Shown: positions 19,031 to 31,146 of the stretch, in pieces
Position numbering within the stretch: the stretch's first letter is position 1
How the letters are laid out: every line of letters begins with the position of its first letter
Origin: Patescibacteria group bacterium
GTDB lineage: Bacteria > Patescibacteriota > Patescibacteriia > SG8-24 > DYFX01
Assembly (NCBI GenBank): GCA_041659045.1
Contig: JBAZZB010000002.1
Coordinates: 21,427-85,426, forward strand
Direction of reading: 5' to 3'
DNA length: 64,000 nt
Made by a program: the position numbers and the translations under genes
The notes under the pieces: generated by a model
What the model was told of the DNA's origin: nothing
Database searches by the model: none
What the model saw: only the letters and a program-made list of their open reading frames with translations

Positions 19031-21501
19031 TAGACGAGGGTTACGCTCGAGACGGAATCTTTCTCCGCCTTGAAGCGCATGACGCGCACGCCCTGGGTCT
19101 GGCGACCGAGTTGCGGCACGGTCGCGAGCGAGAAGCGAATGACCTGTCCCTTTTCAGAGATGACGATCACGTCGCGATCATCCTTCGAGTTGATGAGCAT
19201 TGCTTGGACAATCGAACCGGTCTTGGCGGTGACTTCAGCCGTTTTGATGCCGGAGCCAGCGCGACCTTGCACCTTGTACTCGCTCAGGTTGGTGCGCTTG
19301 CCGTAGCCGTGCTCCATGACGACCATAAGATCGAAGGCGCCCTTGTCGACAGACTTGCCGTCGACGACGTCCATACCGACGATCGCGTCTTTCCCCTTCA
19401 TGCGCATACCCGTCACGCCAGCGGCCGAACGACCCATGGCGCGCACATCTTTTTCGTTGAAGCGGATCGACTGACCGTGCGCGGTGATGACGATAATATC
19501 GTCATTGCCGCTGGACGGTTTCACCCATTCGAGATTGTCTTCGGGACGAATCTTGATAGCAATGAGGCCTGAACGGCGCACGTCTTTAAATTCGGAAATT
19601 TCCGTCTTCTTGATGACGCCGTTGCGCGTCACCATCACAAGGAACTTCGCGTCGGCGAGCTCAGAGGCCGTCATCGAAGACGAAACCTTCTCGTTCGGCG
19701 CGAGTTGCAAGAAGTTGACGATCGCCTGGCCCTTCGAGGTGCGCGAAGCCTGCGGTACATCGTAGGCTTTGAGTTGGAAGACGCGTCCGCGCGTCGTGAA
19801 GAAGAGGAGGTCGGCGTGCGTGTTCGTGGTGAACATCTGGCTCACGATGTCTTCTTCCTTCGTAGCGATGCCGGCGACGCCTTTGCCACCGCGCGTCTGC
19901 TGCTTGAAGGTGTCGGGGTGCACGCGCTTGATGTAGCCGTCGGCCGTGAGCATGACGATCGTCGGCTCGTTGGCGACGAAATCTTCGGCGGAGAATTCCT
20001 TCACGCCATGCGCGACGATCTGCGTCTTGCGATCGGTGGAGTGCTTGTCGCGAATTGCCTGAACTTCATCCTTGATGATGCCAAGAATACGCTTCGGAGA
20101 TTCCAAAATCGCTTCGAGCTCTTTGATGAGTTCGAGTTTTTCTTTGAGTTCGTCGGTGATCTTTTTGGCTTCGAGGTTGGCGAGCTGCTGGAGGCGCATG
20201 TCGAGCACGGCCTGCGCTTGGATATCGTCCAACTTGAACTTGGATTTCAAGTTCGTTTTCGCTTCGTCCTTATCCTTCGAGGCCTTGATCGTCTTGATGA
20301 CAGCGTCGAGATTATCGAGCGCGATCTTCAAGCCCTTCAAAATGTGGGCGCGTTCTTTGGCACGCGCGAGGTCGTAGGCGGTGCGGCGGCGGACGACTTC
20401 CTGGCGATGCTTCACGTAGGCTTCGAGCACCGCTTTCAAGTTCATGATGCGCGGCTGGATACCACCATCAAGCGCCAACATGTTGACGTGGAAGGTTTCC
20501 TGCAGCTGTGTCAGGTTGAAGAGACGGTTCAAGACCTTCTTCGGATAGGCGTCGCGCTTGAGTTCGATCACGACACGCACGCCTTCCTTGTTCGATTCGT
20601 CGCGGAGGTCTTTGATGCCTTCGATTTTCTTTTCGCGCACGAGGTCGGCGATTTTCTCAAGAAGCTGTGCCTTGTTCACCTGGTACGGAACTTCGTTGAC
20701 GATGATGTTGAAACCGCCCTTGGTTTCGACGATGTCCGTTTTCGCGCGCATGACGATGCCGCCCTTGCCCGTGGCGTAGGCCTTCTTGATTTCCTTGGCG
20801 TCGTAAATGATGCCGCCGGTCGGGAAGTCGGGGCCTTTGACGAACTTGAAGAGGTCGTCGACGGAGCAATCTTTGTCTCCGATCAAATGAATGACCGCGT
20901 CGCAAATTTCGCCGACGTTGTGCGGCGGAATGTTGGTGGCCATACCGACGGCAATACCGAGCGTGCCGTTGATGAGCAGGTTCGGGAGCTTGGCGGGAAG
21001 TACCGTTGGTTCTTTGTGCGCGCCGTCGTAGTTCGGAACGAAATCGACCGTGTCGCGATCGATGTCCTGAAGCATCTCCTCGGAAATGGAGTGAAGCTTG
21101 GCTTCCGTGTAGCGCATGGCCGCGGCCGAGTCGCCGTCCATCGAGCCGAAGTTGCCTTGGCCGTGAACAAGCGGAGCGCGCATCGCGAAATCCTGCGCCA
21201 TGCGAACCATGGAGTCGTAGATGGCAGAGTCGCCGTGCGGGTGGTATTTGGCCATGACTTCACCGACCACGTTCGCCGATTTGCGGAACTTGGCGCTGGG
21301 GCGCAGGCCGATCGACCACATCGCGTACAAAATACGACGGTGCACGGGCTTGAGGCCGTCGCGCACGTCCGGCAAAGCACGGCTCACGATGACGGACATC
21401 GCGTAGTCCAAATACGAATCCTGCACCTCGTCGACAATCGAGCGAGGTTCGAGGCGGCCAACGTTGAGTTCGTCGATGGAAGTCTGTTCAGGCGGCTTCA
21501 T
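19030..21501 (-). CDS. gyrA: DNA gyrase subunit A
   Basis: [29 protein letters not shown], GyrA-box QTRGGKG. Confidence 0.97.
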   Translation of the reverse strand: MKPPEQTSIDELNVGRLEPRSIVDEVQDSYLDYAMSVIVSRALPDVRDGLKPVHRRILYAMWSIGLRPSAKFRKSANVVGEVMAKYHPHGDSAIYDSMVRMAQDFAMRAPLVHGQGNFGSMDGDSAAAMRYTEAKLHSISEEMLQDIDRDTVDFVPNYDGAHKEPTVLPAKLPNLLINGTLGIAVGMATNIPPHNVGEICDAVIHLIGDKDCSVDDLFKFVKGPDFPTGGIIYDAKEIKKAYATGKGGIVMRAKTDIVETKGGFNIIVNEVPYQVNKAQLLEKIADLVREKKIEGIKDLRDESNKEGVRVVIELKRDAYPKKVLNRLFNLTQLQETFHVNMLALDGGIQPRIMNLKAVLEAYVKHRQEVVRRRTAYDLARAKERAHILKGLKIALDNLDAVIKTIKASKDKDEAKTNLKSKFKLDDIQAQAVLDMRLQQLANLEAKKITDELKEKLELIKELEAILESPKRILGIIKDEVQAIRDKHSTDRKTQIVAHGVKEFSAEDFVANEPTIVMLTADGYIKRVHPDTFKQQTRGGKGVAGIATKEEDIVSQMFTTNTHADLLFFTTRGRVFQLKAYDVPQASRTSKGQAIVNFLQLAPNEKVSSSMTASELADAKFLVMVTRNGVIKKTEISEFKDVRRSGLIAIKIRPEDNLEWVKPSSGNDDIIVITAHGQSIRFNEKDVRAMGRSAAGVTGMRMKGKDAIVGMDVVDGKSVDKGAFDLMVVMEHGYGKRTNLSEYKVQGRAGSGIKTAEVTAKTGSIVQAMLINSKDDRDVIVISEKGQVIRFSLATVPQLGRQTQGVRVMRFKAEKDSVSSVTLV

Positions 21502-21507
21502 AGAGGT

Positions 21508-21861
21508 TCAGGGAGTTTCCGTTTCAGGAGTCGTGGTAGCGGGAGCGGTTTCACCGGAGAGAATCTTGGCTTTCAAATTTTCGACGGCTTGGCTTTGCGC
21601 ATCGTGCGCCGTAGAGACGACCGAAAGCGTATTCGCGACGTCGAGGAGTACGGCTTTGATCGGAGCGGCTCGCGTGATCACTCCGTCAGTGAGCACGGAC
21701 CAACGCGGAACGTCGTCAGGATGCGTCCCAATGTCTTGATACCGCAGCGTCAGCGCATAGAGACCCGTGATGCCGAGCATCGAAACGCCAACCAAGAATC
21801 CGAGCAGGAGTTCCTGCTGAGCTTTGGTGCGCGGGGCCTTTTTGTGCGCAATGTGCGGCAT
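21508..21861 (-). CDS. single-TM hypothetical protein
   Basis: ATG overlaps the upstream TGA; one hydrophobic helix. Confidence 0.65.
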   Translation of the reverse strand: MPHIAHKKAPRTKAQQELLLGFLVGVSMLGITGLYALTLRYQDIGTHPDDVPRWSVLTDGVITRAAPIKAVLLDVANTLSVVSTAHDAQSQAVENLKAKILSGETAPATTTPETETP

Positions 21862-22511
21862 CAGGCTTTCGAGAGAAGAACGATGAATGTTTCGTCTTGC
21901 GGCAGGTCTTTCTTCATGACCTTCCATTTGTCGCTTTCGATCGTCTTGGCGCCGAGCTCTTTTGCGAAGGGGGCAACGTCACCGGCGGTGAGATCGATCT
22001 CCTTCATCTTATAATGCATCGGAATGACGACGCGCGGTTCCATGCGGGTCACGAGGTCAGCCGCGGCCTGAGCCGAGAGCACGTCTCCCCCGCCGACGGG
22101 GATCATGAGCACGTCGACTTCGCCGATCTGCGCGAGCTGCTCGTCAGTCAGCGGCTTGTCGAGTCCGCCGAGGTGCACGACGCGCATGTCATCGACGAGG
22201 AAATGATAGATCGTGTTGCGATGATAGTCTTTCGATTCGCCCTTCTCGTGCCCTGCGGGCGTGCCGTAGATCGGAATGCCGCGGACTTCGTATTCGCCGG
22301 GGTGCTCGACGAGAAACGCCTTCTCGCCCGCCGCTTCGATGTTGTTGTGATGCTCGTGCGTGCGGCGGCTGATGGTTAGGACATCAGCATTCAAATTGCG
22401 AGGGAGCTTGCCGATGCTCTCCGAATACGGATCGGTGACGAGACTGATTTCTTCATTGCCGATTTTGGTCGTGATCTTGAAGCAGGAAACCCCGAAAAAC
22501 TGGATGGTCAT
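21861..22511 (-). CDS. MBL-fold metallo-hydrolase (Lactamase_B_3-like)
   Basis: LVTDPY, PGEYEV, VHLG, DVLMIPVGG, VIPMHY; metal motif degenerate (SRRTHEHH; HLGGL). Confidence 0.85.
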   Translation of the reverse strand: MTIQFFGVSCFKITTKIGNEEISLVTDPYSESIGKLPRNLNADVLTISRRTHEHHNNIEAAGEKAFLVEHPGEYEVRGIPIYGTPAGHEKGESKDYHRNTIYHFLVDDMRVVHLGGLDKPLTDEQLAQIGEVDVLMIPVGGGDVLSAQAAADLVTRMEPRVVIPMHYKMKEIDLTAGDVAPFAKELGAKTIESDKWKVMKKDLPQDETFIVLLSKA

Positions 22512-22609
22512 GCGCGTCTGATTTACAGCCTTTTTACGAGGGCAGTTTAGCATTCGACCACTGCCGAGGCAAGGGGGTTCTTGGAACGAAAAAGACCCCG
22601 TAGGAGGGG

Positions 22610-22909
22610 TCAGAGGCCGGATGAAACGTGCCAGAAGAGGAAGAAGGCGATCAGTGCTGCGACGCCACAGCACAGGCGCGAGAACCGCGACGCCGACTCC
22701 ATCTCAAGCATGGCATACCGGCAGGCGAAGCCAAGCGTCAGCCCAAGCATGGCGATGCTGTAGACGCTCATACGACCGCGCAGATTGAGCTGCGGATCGA
22801 TTCCTGTTCCGACGAACACGCCGCCGACAAACACTATGAAGCCGATGGCACTGACAATGAACAAGAGCAGTTGAACCACGTTCACACGAACGACTTTTTC
22901 CTGAGACAC
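22610..22909 (-). CDS. small 3-TM hypothetical protein
   Basis: GTG with GGGAGG; promoter TTGACG-17-TATCGT. Confidence 0.6.
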   Translation of the reverse strand: MSQEKVVRVNVVQLLLFIVSAIGFIVFVGGVFVGTGIDPQLNLRGRMSVYSIAMLGLTLGFACRYAMLEMESASRFSRLCCGVAALIAFFLFWHVSSGL

Positions 22910-22991
22910 GAGAACCTCCCGGTTGGATGTCTGGACGATAGGTGGAAGGGCGGGCAGCGTCAAGGACTCGGCGGAACAAAAATGACGCCCT

Positions 22992-23276
22992 TTATGTAAA
23001 AGGCGTCCAAGCGATGATTGGGGCCAAGCCCGCAAGACAGACCGCGATCTGCAGGAGAGACATCGCGCAAAGCGCGAGACCCAAGAGCGCGTACTTCCGT
23101 TGCGACGGCGAGCGGAGGTAGTGGAGGAATTCAAGACCGCACAAGCCCTCGAAGATTCCAAAAGTCAGCATCGGTAGAATGAGGGTCAGCGGCACGGTCA
23201 TGATGCCGATGAGCACGAACGTTGATCGGCGCGGACGAGGGCGCGTTTGAGAAGCGACACTGCCGGTACTGCGCAT
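22992..23276 (-). CDS. small membrane hypothetical protein
   Basis: ATG with AAAGGAGG; promoter TTGACT-17-TATCGT. Confidence 0.6.
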   Translation of the reverse strand: MRSTGSVASQTRPRPRRSTFVLIGIMTVPLTLILPMLTFGIFEGLCGLEFLHYLRSPSQRKYALLGLALCAMSLLQIAVCLAGLAPIIAWTPFT

Positions 23277-23372
23277 GTGCGCCTCCTTTCACTTCGTGGA
23301 TATACGATAGGGCCAGCGTCACGCGAAGTCAAAGAAAAACTCCACATCAGATGATGTGGAGTTTTTGTCGCG

Positions 23373-23915
23373 CTATTTTAGGACGCCGATCTTGAACGTG
23401 GCGAGACGGCTTTCTTGCGGAGCTGATCCGCCGTGCTGCTCGTTGAAATCCTTACTGCCATCGCGCCCGCAGAGCAGGCTGATAGCGACTGCGCCGCCCG
23501 GGTGCTTGCCGATCCAGGTCGTGAGGTCGTAGACCGAGCCGTTTACGACGGACCAGCAGCTCGTCGCGTTTTTGTGTACGGCGACCTCGGACATCGAGTA
23601 CGTCTTGAGACTGTCCGACGCGCCTGTTGAAGGTGTCGGCGTTGGGGCCGGCGTCACACGATCGTCATCGTCGGATTCTTTTTCATCCTCGTCCTCGCTC
23701 TCGTTCTCAACTTCACCCCTTTTCGTGTCATCACCATCTTCGAGTTTGCTGTCGTCTTCCTTCTTCACATCATCGGAAGATCCTCCGTCGCGCTGGTCGT
23801 TATCATCGGTCTCCTGGGTTTCAGAAGCCGAGCGCGTTGCGTCTTCGAGACTCTTTTCGCAGCCGGCTCCAATCAAAAGCAGCACGGAAGCGAGAATAAC
23901 AAGTGACTTCTTCAT
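23373..23915 (-). CDS. lipoprotein with acidic linker and C-terminal cytochrome b5-like heme-binding domain
   Basis: LLIGAGC lipobox-like; YSMSEVAVH..SCW..VNGSVYDLT.WI..HPGG...GRD...F..QH. Confidence 0.88.
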   Translation of the reverse strand: MKKSLVILASVLLLIGAGCEKSLEDATRSASETQETDDNDQRDGGSSDDVKKEDDSKLEDGDDTKRGEVENESEDEDEKESDDDDRVTPAPTPTPSTGASDSLKTYSMSEVAVHKNATSCWSVVNGSVYDLTTWIGKHPGGAVAISLLCGRDGSKDFNEQHGGSAPQESRLATFKIGVLK

Positions 23916-24001
23916 AGTAGACGAAGTATATACCCTGCAAAAAATAAAAGAAGCGTCACAGAATCATGACGCCGCTAGGGCTGAACTCTTACGCATTCCC
24001 G

Positions 24002-24430
24002 TTAGACAGTCTTTGCCTGCGGGAGAGTCTTCCCCCGATGACGCTCCAACTCGTCGCGTCCTTTCGGGGTCAGCGTGTACCGGCAGATGTCGACTCGAAG
24101 CTGTCCGCCGGAAGGATGCTGCGCATACTCCTGCCGCCAGACCTGCTCGAGGTGGCCGCTCTCGACCAGGTTCTCCAGAAAGACGTGCGGCGCAGTGAGG
24201 TGCACCACCCTGCCCAACTCTCTTCCGGACACCCCTTCCGTGCTGGTATCGAGGATCTCGAGAACCCGCACGCGACAGGTCGCTGCTCGCCACCTCCAAA
24301 GCAGGGTGACGAGACCCGCGCTCACGGCGAGGCCGACGAACAGCCCCATGAAGCCGAAGACGGCTCTGAAGACATGCATCAGAATGATGGGGGCAAGGAA
24401 CGTCACGAGCAAAACGTGTCTCTTTTTCAC
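24002..24430 (-). CDS. membrane-anchored protein with possible winged-helix C-terminus
   Basis: GTG with AAAGGAGG, TTGACA-17-TACAAA; 2 TM then SGRELG...LENLVESGHL...YTLTPKGR. Confidence 0.65.
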   Translation of the reverse strand: MKKRHVLLVTFLAPIILMHVFRAVFGFMGLFVGLAVSAGLVTLLWRWRAATCRVRVLEILDTSTEGVSGRELGRVVHLTAPHVFLENLVESGHLEQVWRQEYAQHPSGGQLRVDICRYTLTPKGRDELERHRGKTLPQAKTV

Positions 24431-24598
24431 GGTTTTACCTCCTTTGGACCCTGCTTTTGTAGCTTAAATTGGGGGTCTTGTCAATTCTCCTCTTTTCCTC
24501 TATAGTCCGAGCGGACAAAACTGGGCCAACGGGCGGCCCTTCTTAATTCTTTATCCAGCCCGAATTTATTTAGGTAAAACTTTATTCTTAACGTTCCT

Positions 24599-25721
24599 AT
24601 GTCAGAAACAAAAACCACCAAGCTCGACCTTAAAGCGCTGCTCGAAGACAAGAGCTGGCTCAAGATTCCGAAGGTCGGCGACGTCGTCAAAGGCGTCATT
24701 ATCTCGCTCTCCAAGAACGAAATCCGCATCGACATCGAAGGTTATAAAACGGGCGTCGTCCGCGGCCGCGAATTGTTCGCGGAAGCCGTCGAATACGCCG
24801 ACCTCGCTGTTGCCCAGGACGTCGAAGCCACCGTCATCGATCTCGAAAACGAGATGGGTGAAGTTGAATTGTCGTTCCGCTATGCCGGTCAGCAGAAAGC
24901 CTGGGAAGTCCTCCGCAAGCTCATGGACTCGGGCGAACTCATCGACGCCAAGATCATCGAAGCCAACAAGGGCGGCCTTCTCGCCAACGTCAACCACGTG
25001 AACGGCTTCTTGCCGGTCTCGCAGCTCTCCCCCGACAACTACCCGCGCGTCTCCGGCGGCGACAAGATCAAGATTCTCGAGAAGCTCAAGAGCTTCGTCG
25101 GCACCACGATGAAAGTCAAAGTCATCGATGTGAACGAACGCGAAGAGAAGCTGATTGTCTCCGAGAAGTCCGTGTGGGAAGAAGCTCAGAAGGGCGTGCT
25201 CGATAAGTACAAGCTCGGCGATCTCGTCGAGGGTGCGATCACCGCGATTGCCGACTTCGGCGTCTTCGTGAAGTTCGACAACCTCGAAGGCCTCGTCCAC
25301 ATCTCCGAAATCGCCTGGCAGCGCATCGATCACCCGCGCGACCTCGTGAAGGTCGGTGAAGTCGTCAAAGCTGAAATCATCGGCATCGAAGGTTCCAAGA
25401 TCTTCCTCTCGATGAAGAAGCTCATCCAGGATCCGTGGAAGACGGTCAACGACAAGTACAAGATCGGCGACAAAGTCGAAGGCAAGATCTTGAAGATCAA
25501 CCCCTTTGGTTTCTTCGTTGAACTCGACCGCGACATCCACGGCCTCGCCCACATCTCCGAACTCTCGAAAAAACCGGTCAAAAACGTCACCGATATCGCG
25601 AAGATCGGCGACACGATGACCTTCAAAATCGTCTCGATCGAGCCGGAACAGCATCGCCTGGGCCTCTCGCTGAAGGCTATGGAAGAAGGCGGTTCCAGTG
25701 AGGCCGAGGCTCCCAAAGCCA

Positions 25722-25729
<8 letters not shown>
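24599..25729 (+). CDS. rpsA: 30S ribosomal protein S1 (4 S1 domains)
   Basis: NKGGL, GFLPVSQL, FGVFV..EGLVHISE, GLAHISE, RLGLSLK. Confidence 0.93.
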
Positions 25730-27538
<1,809 letters not shown>

Positions 27539-27539
<1 letters not shown>

Positions 27540-27570
27540 TAAAAAGAGAGCCTCACGGCTCTCTTTTTAT
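27539..27570 (+). terminator. intrinsic terminator after ftsH
   Basis: ATAAAAAGAGAGCC-tcac-GGCTCTCTTTTTAT. Confidence 0.8.
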
Positions 27571-27579
27571 GTCATTTCT

Positions 27580-27938
27580 TTTTTGTCATCCCGAGCGAAG
27601 TCGAGGGATCTATTGGCCGGTGATCTCCGCACCCCAGTCTTCCCATTTCGGATTGAGACTTTCAATCAGTTTTAACTTTTTCCCTCGATTCCAATTCTTC
27701 AATTGTTTCTCTCTTTCCAACGCTCTGTCGATGTATTGAAATTCTTCATAGTAGACGAGTTGATGGTAACAATATTTTTTTGTGAACCCATCCACCGACG
27801 CCTCCTTGTGCTCTTGAACCCGACGTTCTAAATCACCTGTTATTCCAACGTAAAGAACGCCGCTCAAACTCGACAGGATATAGACATAATACTTCCGTGA
27901 TTCCATAGATCCCTCGACTTCGCTCGGGATGACAAAAA
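27580..27938. mobile_element. GIY-YIG gene bracketed by 34-bp perfect terminal inverted repeats (REP/TIR-type mini-element)
   Basis: TTTTTGTCATCCCGAGCGAAGTCGAGGGATCTAT at 27580-27613 and its reverse complement at 27905-27938; interior visibly AT-rich. Confidence 0.75.
27610..27906 (-). CDS. GIY-YIG nuclease (UPF0213/YhbQ-like)
   Basis: YYVYIL..LYVGITGDLERRVQEH..GFTKKY..LVYYE..ALEREKQLKNWNR.KK..LIE..NPKW.D. Confidence 0.92.
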   Translation of the reverse strand: MESRKYYVYILSSLSGVLYVGITGDLERRVQEHKEASVDGFTKKYCYHQLVYYEEFQYIDRALEREKQLKNWNRGKKLKLIESLNPKWEDWGAEITGQ

Positions 27939-27985
27939 TACAGCTGCGTACTGGGTACCGAATCGTAATACTTCATGTCAACACC

Positions 27986-28790
27986 AAAAGAAAAAGAACC
28001 GGCTCCCGAACGGGGCCGATTCTGCGTTTGAGGCATACTCGTTATCGCCAGCGTGTTTCCGAGGGCGGCTTCAAAATTGTCTCCCGCTTTCTCAAGTTGA
28101 GGATGCCGCGCGGAGCGACAAGTGGAGGATCGACTTCGTGAATGATCTGCACGCCGTTGCCGAAGCCGGGGGCGCGCAGAAACATTGCTGTGCCAGGTTC
28201 GGTCAGAAACGCATCGATCTCGCGAAGGCGATCGTAACGCGGCGGATTGGTCTCCGGAGCGTGAACCCGAACGTGAGCGGAGCCGAACAACGTGAACGTC
28301 ACGCTCAACGTTTGGTCGCTGACACGATCGCGATGCGGCGAGATGCGATCATGCGTGTCGCGGTAGCGCTGATAGCCGATCTCGCTCGGTTGCCAACCTT
28401 GCAACTCGGGGTACTCGTGCAACAGAGGCGTAACCAATTCCGTCAGCGCGCGGCACAGCTCGGAACCGATCGGCACGTCTTCGTGACCAAGCGGACGATA
28501 GGCACGCTCATGCAGCTGACGCACTTGGTTGGGCGAGTCCTGATTGATCGGATACCGTTCGTGATCGCCGACCTCAAGAGGCAGGCGGGACAACTCTTCC
28601 ACCAGAGCAGCTCTGAGGTCTTCGGTGATTGCCGAGGCGACGAATGCGTATCCTACGACACGCGTTCGTTCAAGCACGTCGCGCAGATCGAACGTATCGC
28701 GGAATACGAGCATGGTTCCCTCCGGGCCTGGTTGTACCGCATCTCCAAGAAAAGAAAAAGAACCGGCTCCCGAAAGGGGCCAGTTCTGCG
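27986..28790. repeat. 41-bp direct repeat (terminator-like hairpin) at 27986-28026 and 28750-28790 flanking the oxygenase gene
   Basis: AAAAGAAAAAGAACCGGCTCCCGAA(C/A)GGGGCC(GA/AG)TTCTGCG, 38/41 identical. Confidence 0.85.
28042..28713 (-). CDS. 2OG-Fe(II) oxygenase superfamily protein (AlkB-like)
   Basis: YQRY..ISPHRD (HxD), IIHEV (distal His), RGILNLR (RxxxxxR); ATG with GGAGGG. Confidence 0.75.
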   Translation of the reverse strand: MLVFRDTFDLRDVLERTRVVGYAFVASAITEDLRAALVEELSRLPLEVGDHERYPINQDSPNQVRQLHERAYRPLGHEDVPIGSELCRALTELVTPLLHEYPELQGWQPSEIGYQRYRDTHDRISPHRDRVSDQTLSVTFTLFGSAHVRVHAPETNPPRYDRLREIDAFLTEPGTAMFLRAPGFGNGVQIIHEVDPPLVAPRGILNLRKRETILKPPSETRWR

Positions 28791-29444
28791 CTAGGCGTCG
28801 TCTCCGCTCATTCGTTCCAGTCGCTCCTGGTGGCAGAAGATGATGGCAACGAGGATGCCGCCCAAGCCGCCGCTGATGCAGACCATCTCGCGCTCGCCGT
28901 CTTCTTCCAGAAGCGGGCTCGTTTCGAGATCTGCGAGACAGGCCTCGTTCAACCCATCGCTCGCGTGACCGCGAACGCTCGCGAGTTTGTGCCGAGCGGC
29001 AGCGCGCGAGGGTAGAACCCAGACGCGGTTGCCGGTCTCGTCGAACTCGGAGAGAAGGGCTTCCGTTCCGCTTCCTTCCTCCGGTACGACGAAATTGTAG
29101 CCAGACACACAATCACAGAACGTGTCGAGATCTTCTTCTGCGATGGCGCGATCTTCTCCGACGAACTGTTCCATGATGTACGCGGCGGTCCAGCCGCGCA
29201 TCACAGAGCCTTCCAGATCGGACGTTTCCGGCAGCAGGCAGCTCTCCAAGAGATCGTGCGACGTGGTACGCATGTCCTGAGACGTGCCTTCCGCGCGCCC
29301 GACGAGCGCTCGCACCTCCGCGCGAGCGTAGCACGCGTGGAGTCGATGCTCGCCGTCTGCTGCTTCGATGTAGACGAAAGCTCCGGGCGGTGAAGGAAGG
29401 TCATCGGGTGAAAAGAACAGCCAGCTTACCCGGTCGTTCGACAT
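28791..29444 (-). CDS. hypothetical protein with apparent two-fold internal repeat
   Basis: AGGAG SD, TTGACA-17-TAGTCT; RAEVR..DLLESCLLPE vs RAAAR..DLETSPLLEE. Confidence 0.65.
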   Translation of the reverse strand: MSNDRVSWLFFSPDDLPSPPGAFVYIEAADGEHRLHACYARAEVRALVGRAEGTSQDMRTTSHDLLESCLLPETSDLEGSVMRGWTAAYIMEQFVGEDRAIAEEDLDTFCDCVSGYNFVVPEEGSGTEALLSEFDETGNRVWVLPSRAAARHKLASVRGHASDGLNEACLADLETSPLLEEDGEREMVCISGGLGGILVAIIFCHQERLERMSGDDA

Positions 29445-29467
29445 GGGTTCTCCTGTGGTATGCCGAA

Positions 29468-29527
29468 AGACTAGGCGGATTTTCTTCGGTTGTCAATGCT
29501 TGACGTAACCGCATTTTCTTTTAAGAT
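29468..29527. promoter_or_regulatory. back-to-back divergent sigma70 promoters
   Basis: minus TTGACA(29491-96)-17-TAGTCT; plus TTGACG(29500-05)-16-TAAGAT, 6 nt before the yjjX ATG. Confidence 0.65.
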
Positions 29528-29533
29528 GTCGCT

Positions 29534-30058
29534 ATGAAGATTTACGTCGGATCGCTCAATCCCGCCAAAGTCGAGGCCGTGCGCGAAGCACTGTCCGACT
29601 ATCCCCTCTTCGCCAACTGCGAAGTCGTCGGCTTTGAGGCATCCTCCGGCGTGTCGGAACAACCTAAATCGCTCGATGAGACGATGCGCGGCGCGATCAC
29701 ACGAGCCAAGCATGCCTGGCAGGAAGGTGGCGTCGGTTTCGGACTCGAATCCGGACTCATGCAGGTGCCGCACACTGAAACCGGCCACATGGACGTCTGC
29801 GTCTGCGCGATCTGGGACGGCCAGAAGCACGTCACCGGCATCTCCTCGGCCTGGGAATGTCCGCCGGAAATCACGAAGATGATGATCGAGGACGGCATGG
29901 ACATGCAGGAAGCCTTCTACCGATCCGGACGCACCGACGATCCAAAGATCGGCTCCTCGATCGGCGCGATCGGCCTCTTAACCGAAGGCCGCATCGACCG
30001 CAAAGCCTACACTAAGCAAGCGATCCACATGGCGATGATCCATTTGAAGAAGCCGTAA
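29534..30058 (+). CDS. yjjX: inosine/xanthosine triphosphatase
   Basis: VGSLNPAKVEAV, SGVSEQP, GAITRA, GLESG, GAIGLLTEGRIDR. Confidence 0.9.
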   Translation: MKIYVGSLNPAKVEAVREALSDYPLFANCEVVGFEASSGVSEQPKSLDETMRGAITRAKHAWQEGGVGFGLESGLMQVPHTETGHMDVCVCAIWDGQKHVTGISSAWECPPEITKMMIEDGMDMQEAFYRSGRTDDPKIGSSIGAIGLLTEGRIDRKAYTKQAIHMAMIHLKKP

Positions 30059-30087
30059 GGCTTCTTTTCTGTTATACTGAAAGCACT

Positions 30088-31110
30088 ATGTTCGACTTAT
30101 TTGGAGGAGGTATGACCAAAAAACCGTCCGGCACGTTTTATCGTCACATTCTCGCCGACGCTTGGCGCACCGTGCGCGCCAACAAAGCGCTCTGGCTCTT
30201 GGGTTTTTTCGTCTCATTCCTTGGAAACGGCGGCGTCTATGAGCTTCTGGTGCAAGGCACTGGGCGTCTCGGGCTGCGCGAAGATTTCGGACAGTTCGCC
30301 TCGCTCGGCCTTTTGCCCGGTTGGGGCAGACTCTCGTCGAGCTTGGAGAGCCTGAACGCCGGAAACATCGTCATCGTACTCCTCGTCGCACTGACGGCGA
30401 TCACCCTAACCGTCGTCGCCTTCTGGGTCGTCATCTCGGCGCAGGGTGGACTCATCGTCGGTGCCCGCGACGGCGGGCGTGAACGCAAAACAACTTTCGG
30501 TTCCCTCTTCGCCGCTGGCAACGAGATGTTCGCACCGCTCTTCGCCCTGAACATCCTTTCGCGCTTAGCGATCATGGCGTTTTTCTACCTCCTCTTGGCG
30601 CTGACGGTGCTCTATCTTGCCGACGCCAATATCTGGAGCGTACTCGCCTATCTCTCAGGATTCATCTTCCTGATTCCGATCACGCTCATCATCGGCTTCG
30701 TCACGATCTACGCCGCCTGCTACATCGCGCTGCAGCGCTTGTCGTTTGTCGCGGCGATCGAATCAGCCATCGCCCTCTTCCGTAAATACTGGCTGATCAG
30801 CATTGAAACGGCTTTCATCTTGTTCGGCGTGAATTTACTCGCCGCAGCCGGTATCGGTCTCGTGACTGGCGCCGCCGGTATCGCGCTCATCCCCTTCTTG
30901 ATCGGCGCTACGCTGCTCAAGAGCAGCATTGCGCTTTCGCTTGTCGCCGCATTGGCCGCGCTTGTCGGCGTCATCTTCCTGGCTTTTGTCGGGGCCTTCT
31001 TGGCCGCCTTCCAATACGCCGTCTGGGTTTCTCTCTTCACCAAGCTGCACGTACGAGGGCACGGCAGCACGTCCAAACTCGCTCGCTGGTTCCAGCACTT
31101 GCTGAAATAA
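30088..31110 (+). CDS. multi-pass membrane protein upstream of pilB
   Basis: AW.....LWLLGFF start and about 8 hydrophobic segments. Confidence 0.8.
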   Translation: MFDLFGGGMTKKPSGTFYRHILADAWRTVRANKALWLLGFFVSFLGNGGVYELLVQGTGRLGLREDFGQFASLGLLPGWGRLSSSLESLNAGNIVIVLLVALTAITLTVVAFWVVISAQGGLIVGARDGGRERKTTFGSLFAAGNEMFAPLFALNILSRLAIMAFFYLLLALTVLYLADANIWSVLAYLSGFIFLIPITLIIGFVTIYAACYIALQRLSFVAAIESAIALFRKYWLISIETAFILFGVNLLAAAGIGLVTGAAGIALIPFLIGATLLKSSIALSLVAALAALVGVIFLAFVGAFLAAFQYAVWVSLFTKLHVRGHGSTSKLARWFQHLLK

Positions 31111-31146
31111 GGTACTGCTCGCCCCTTTGCGGGAGCGACACTTCTG

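Noticed and set aside
28042-29112. 356-aa ORF as a single gene
   Set aside because: Its N-terminal part overlaps another gene and crosses a terminator; the ATG at 28713 with an SD fits the oxygenase domain
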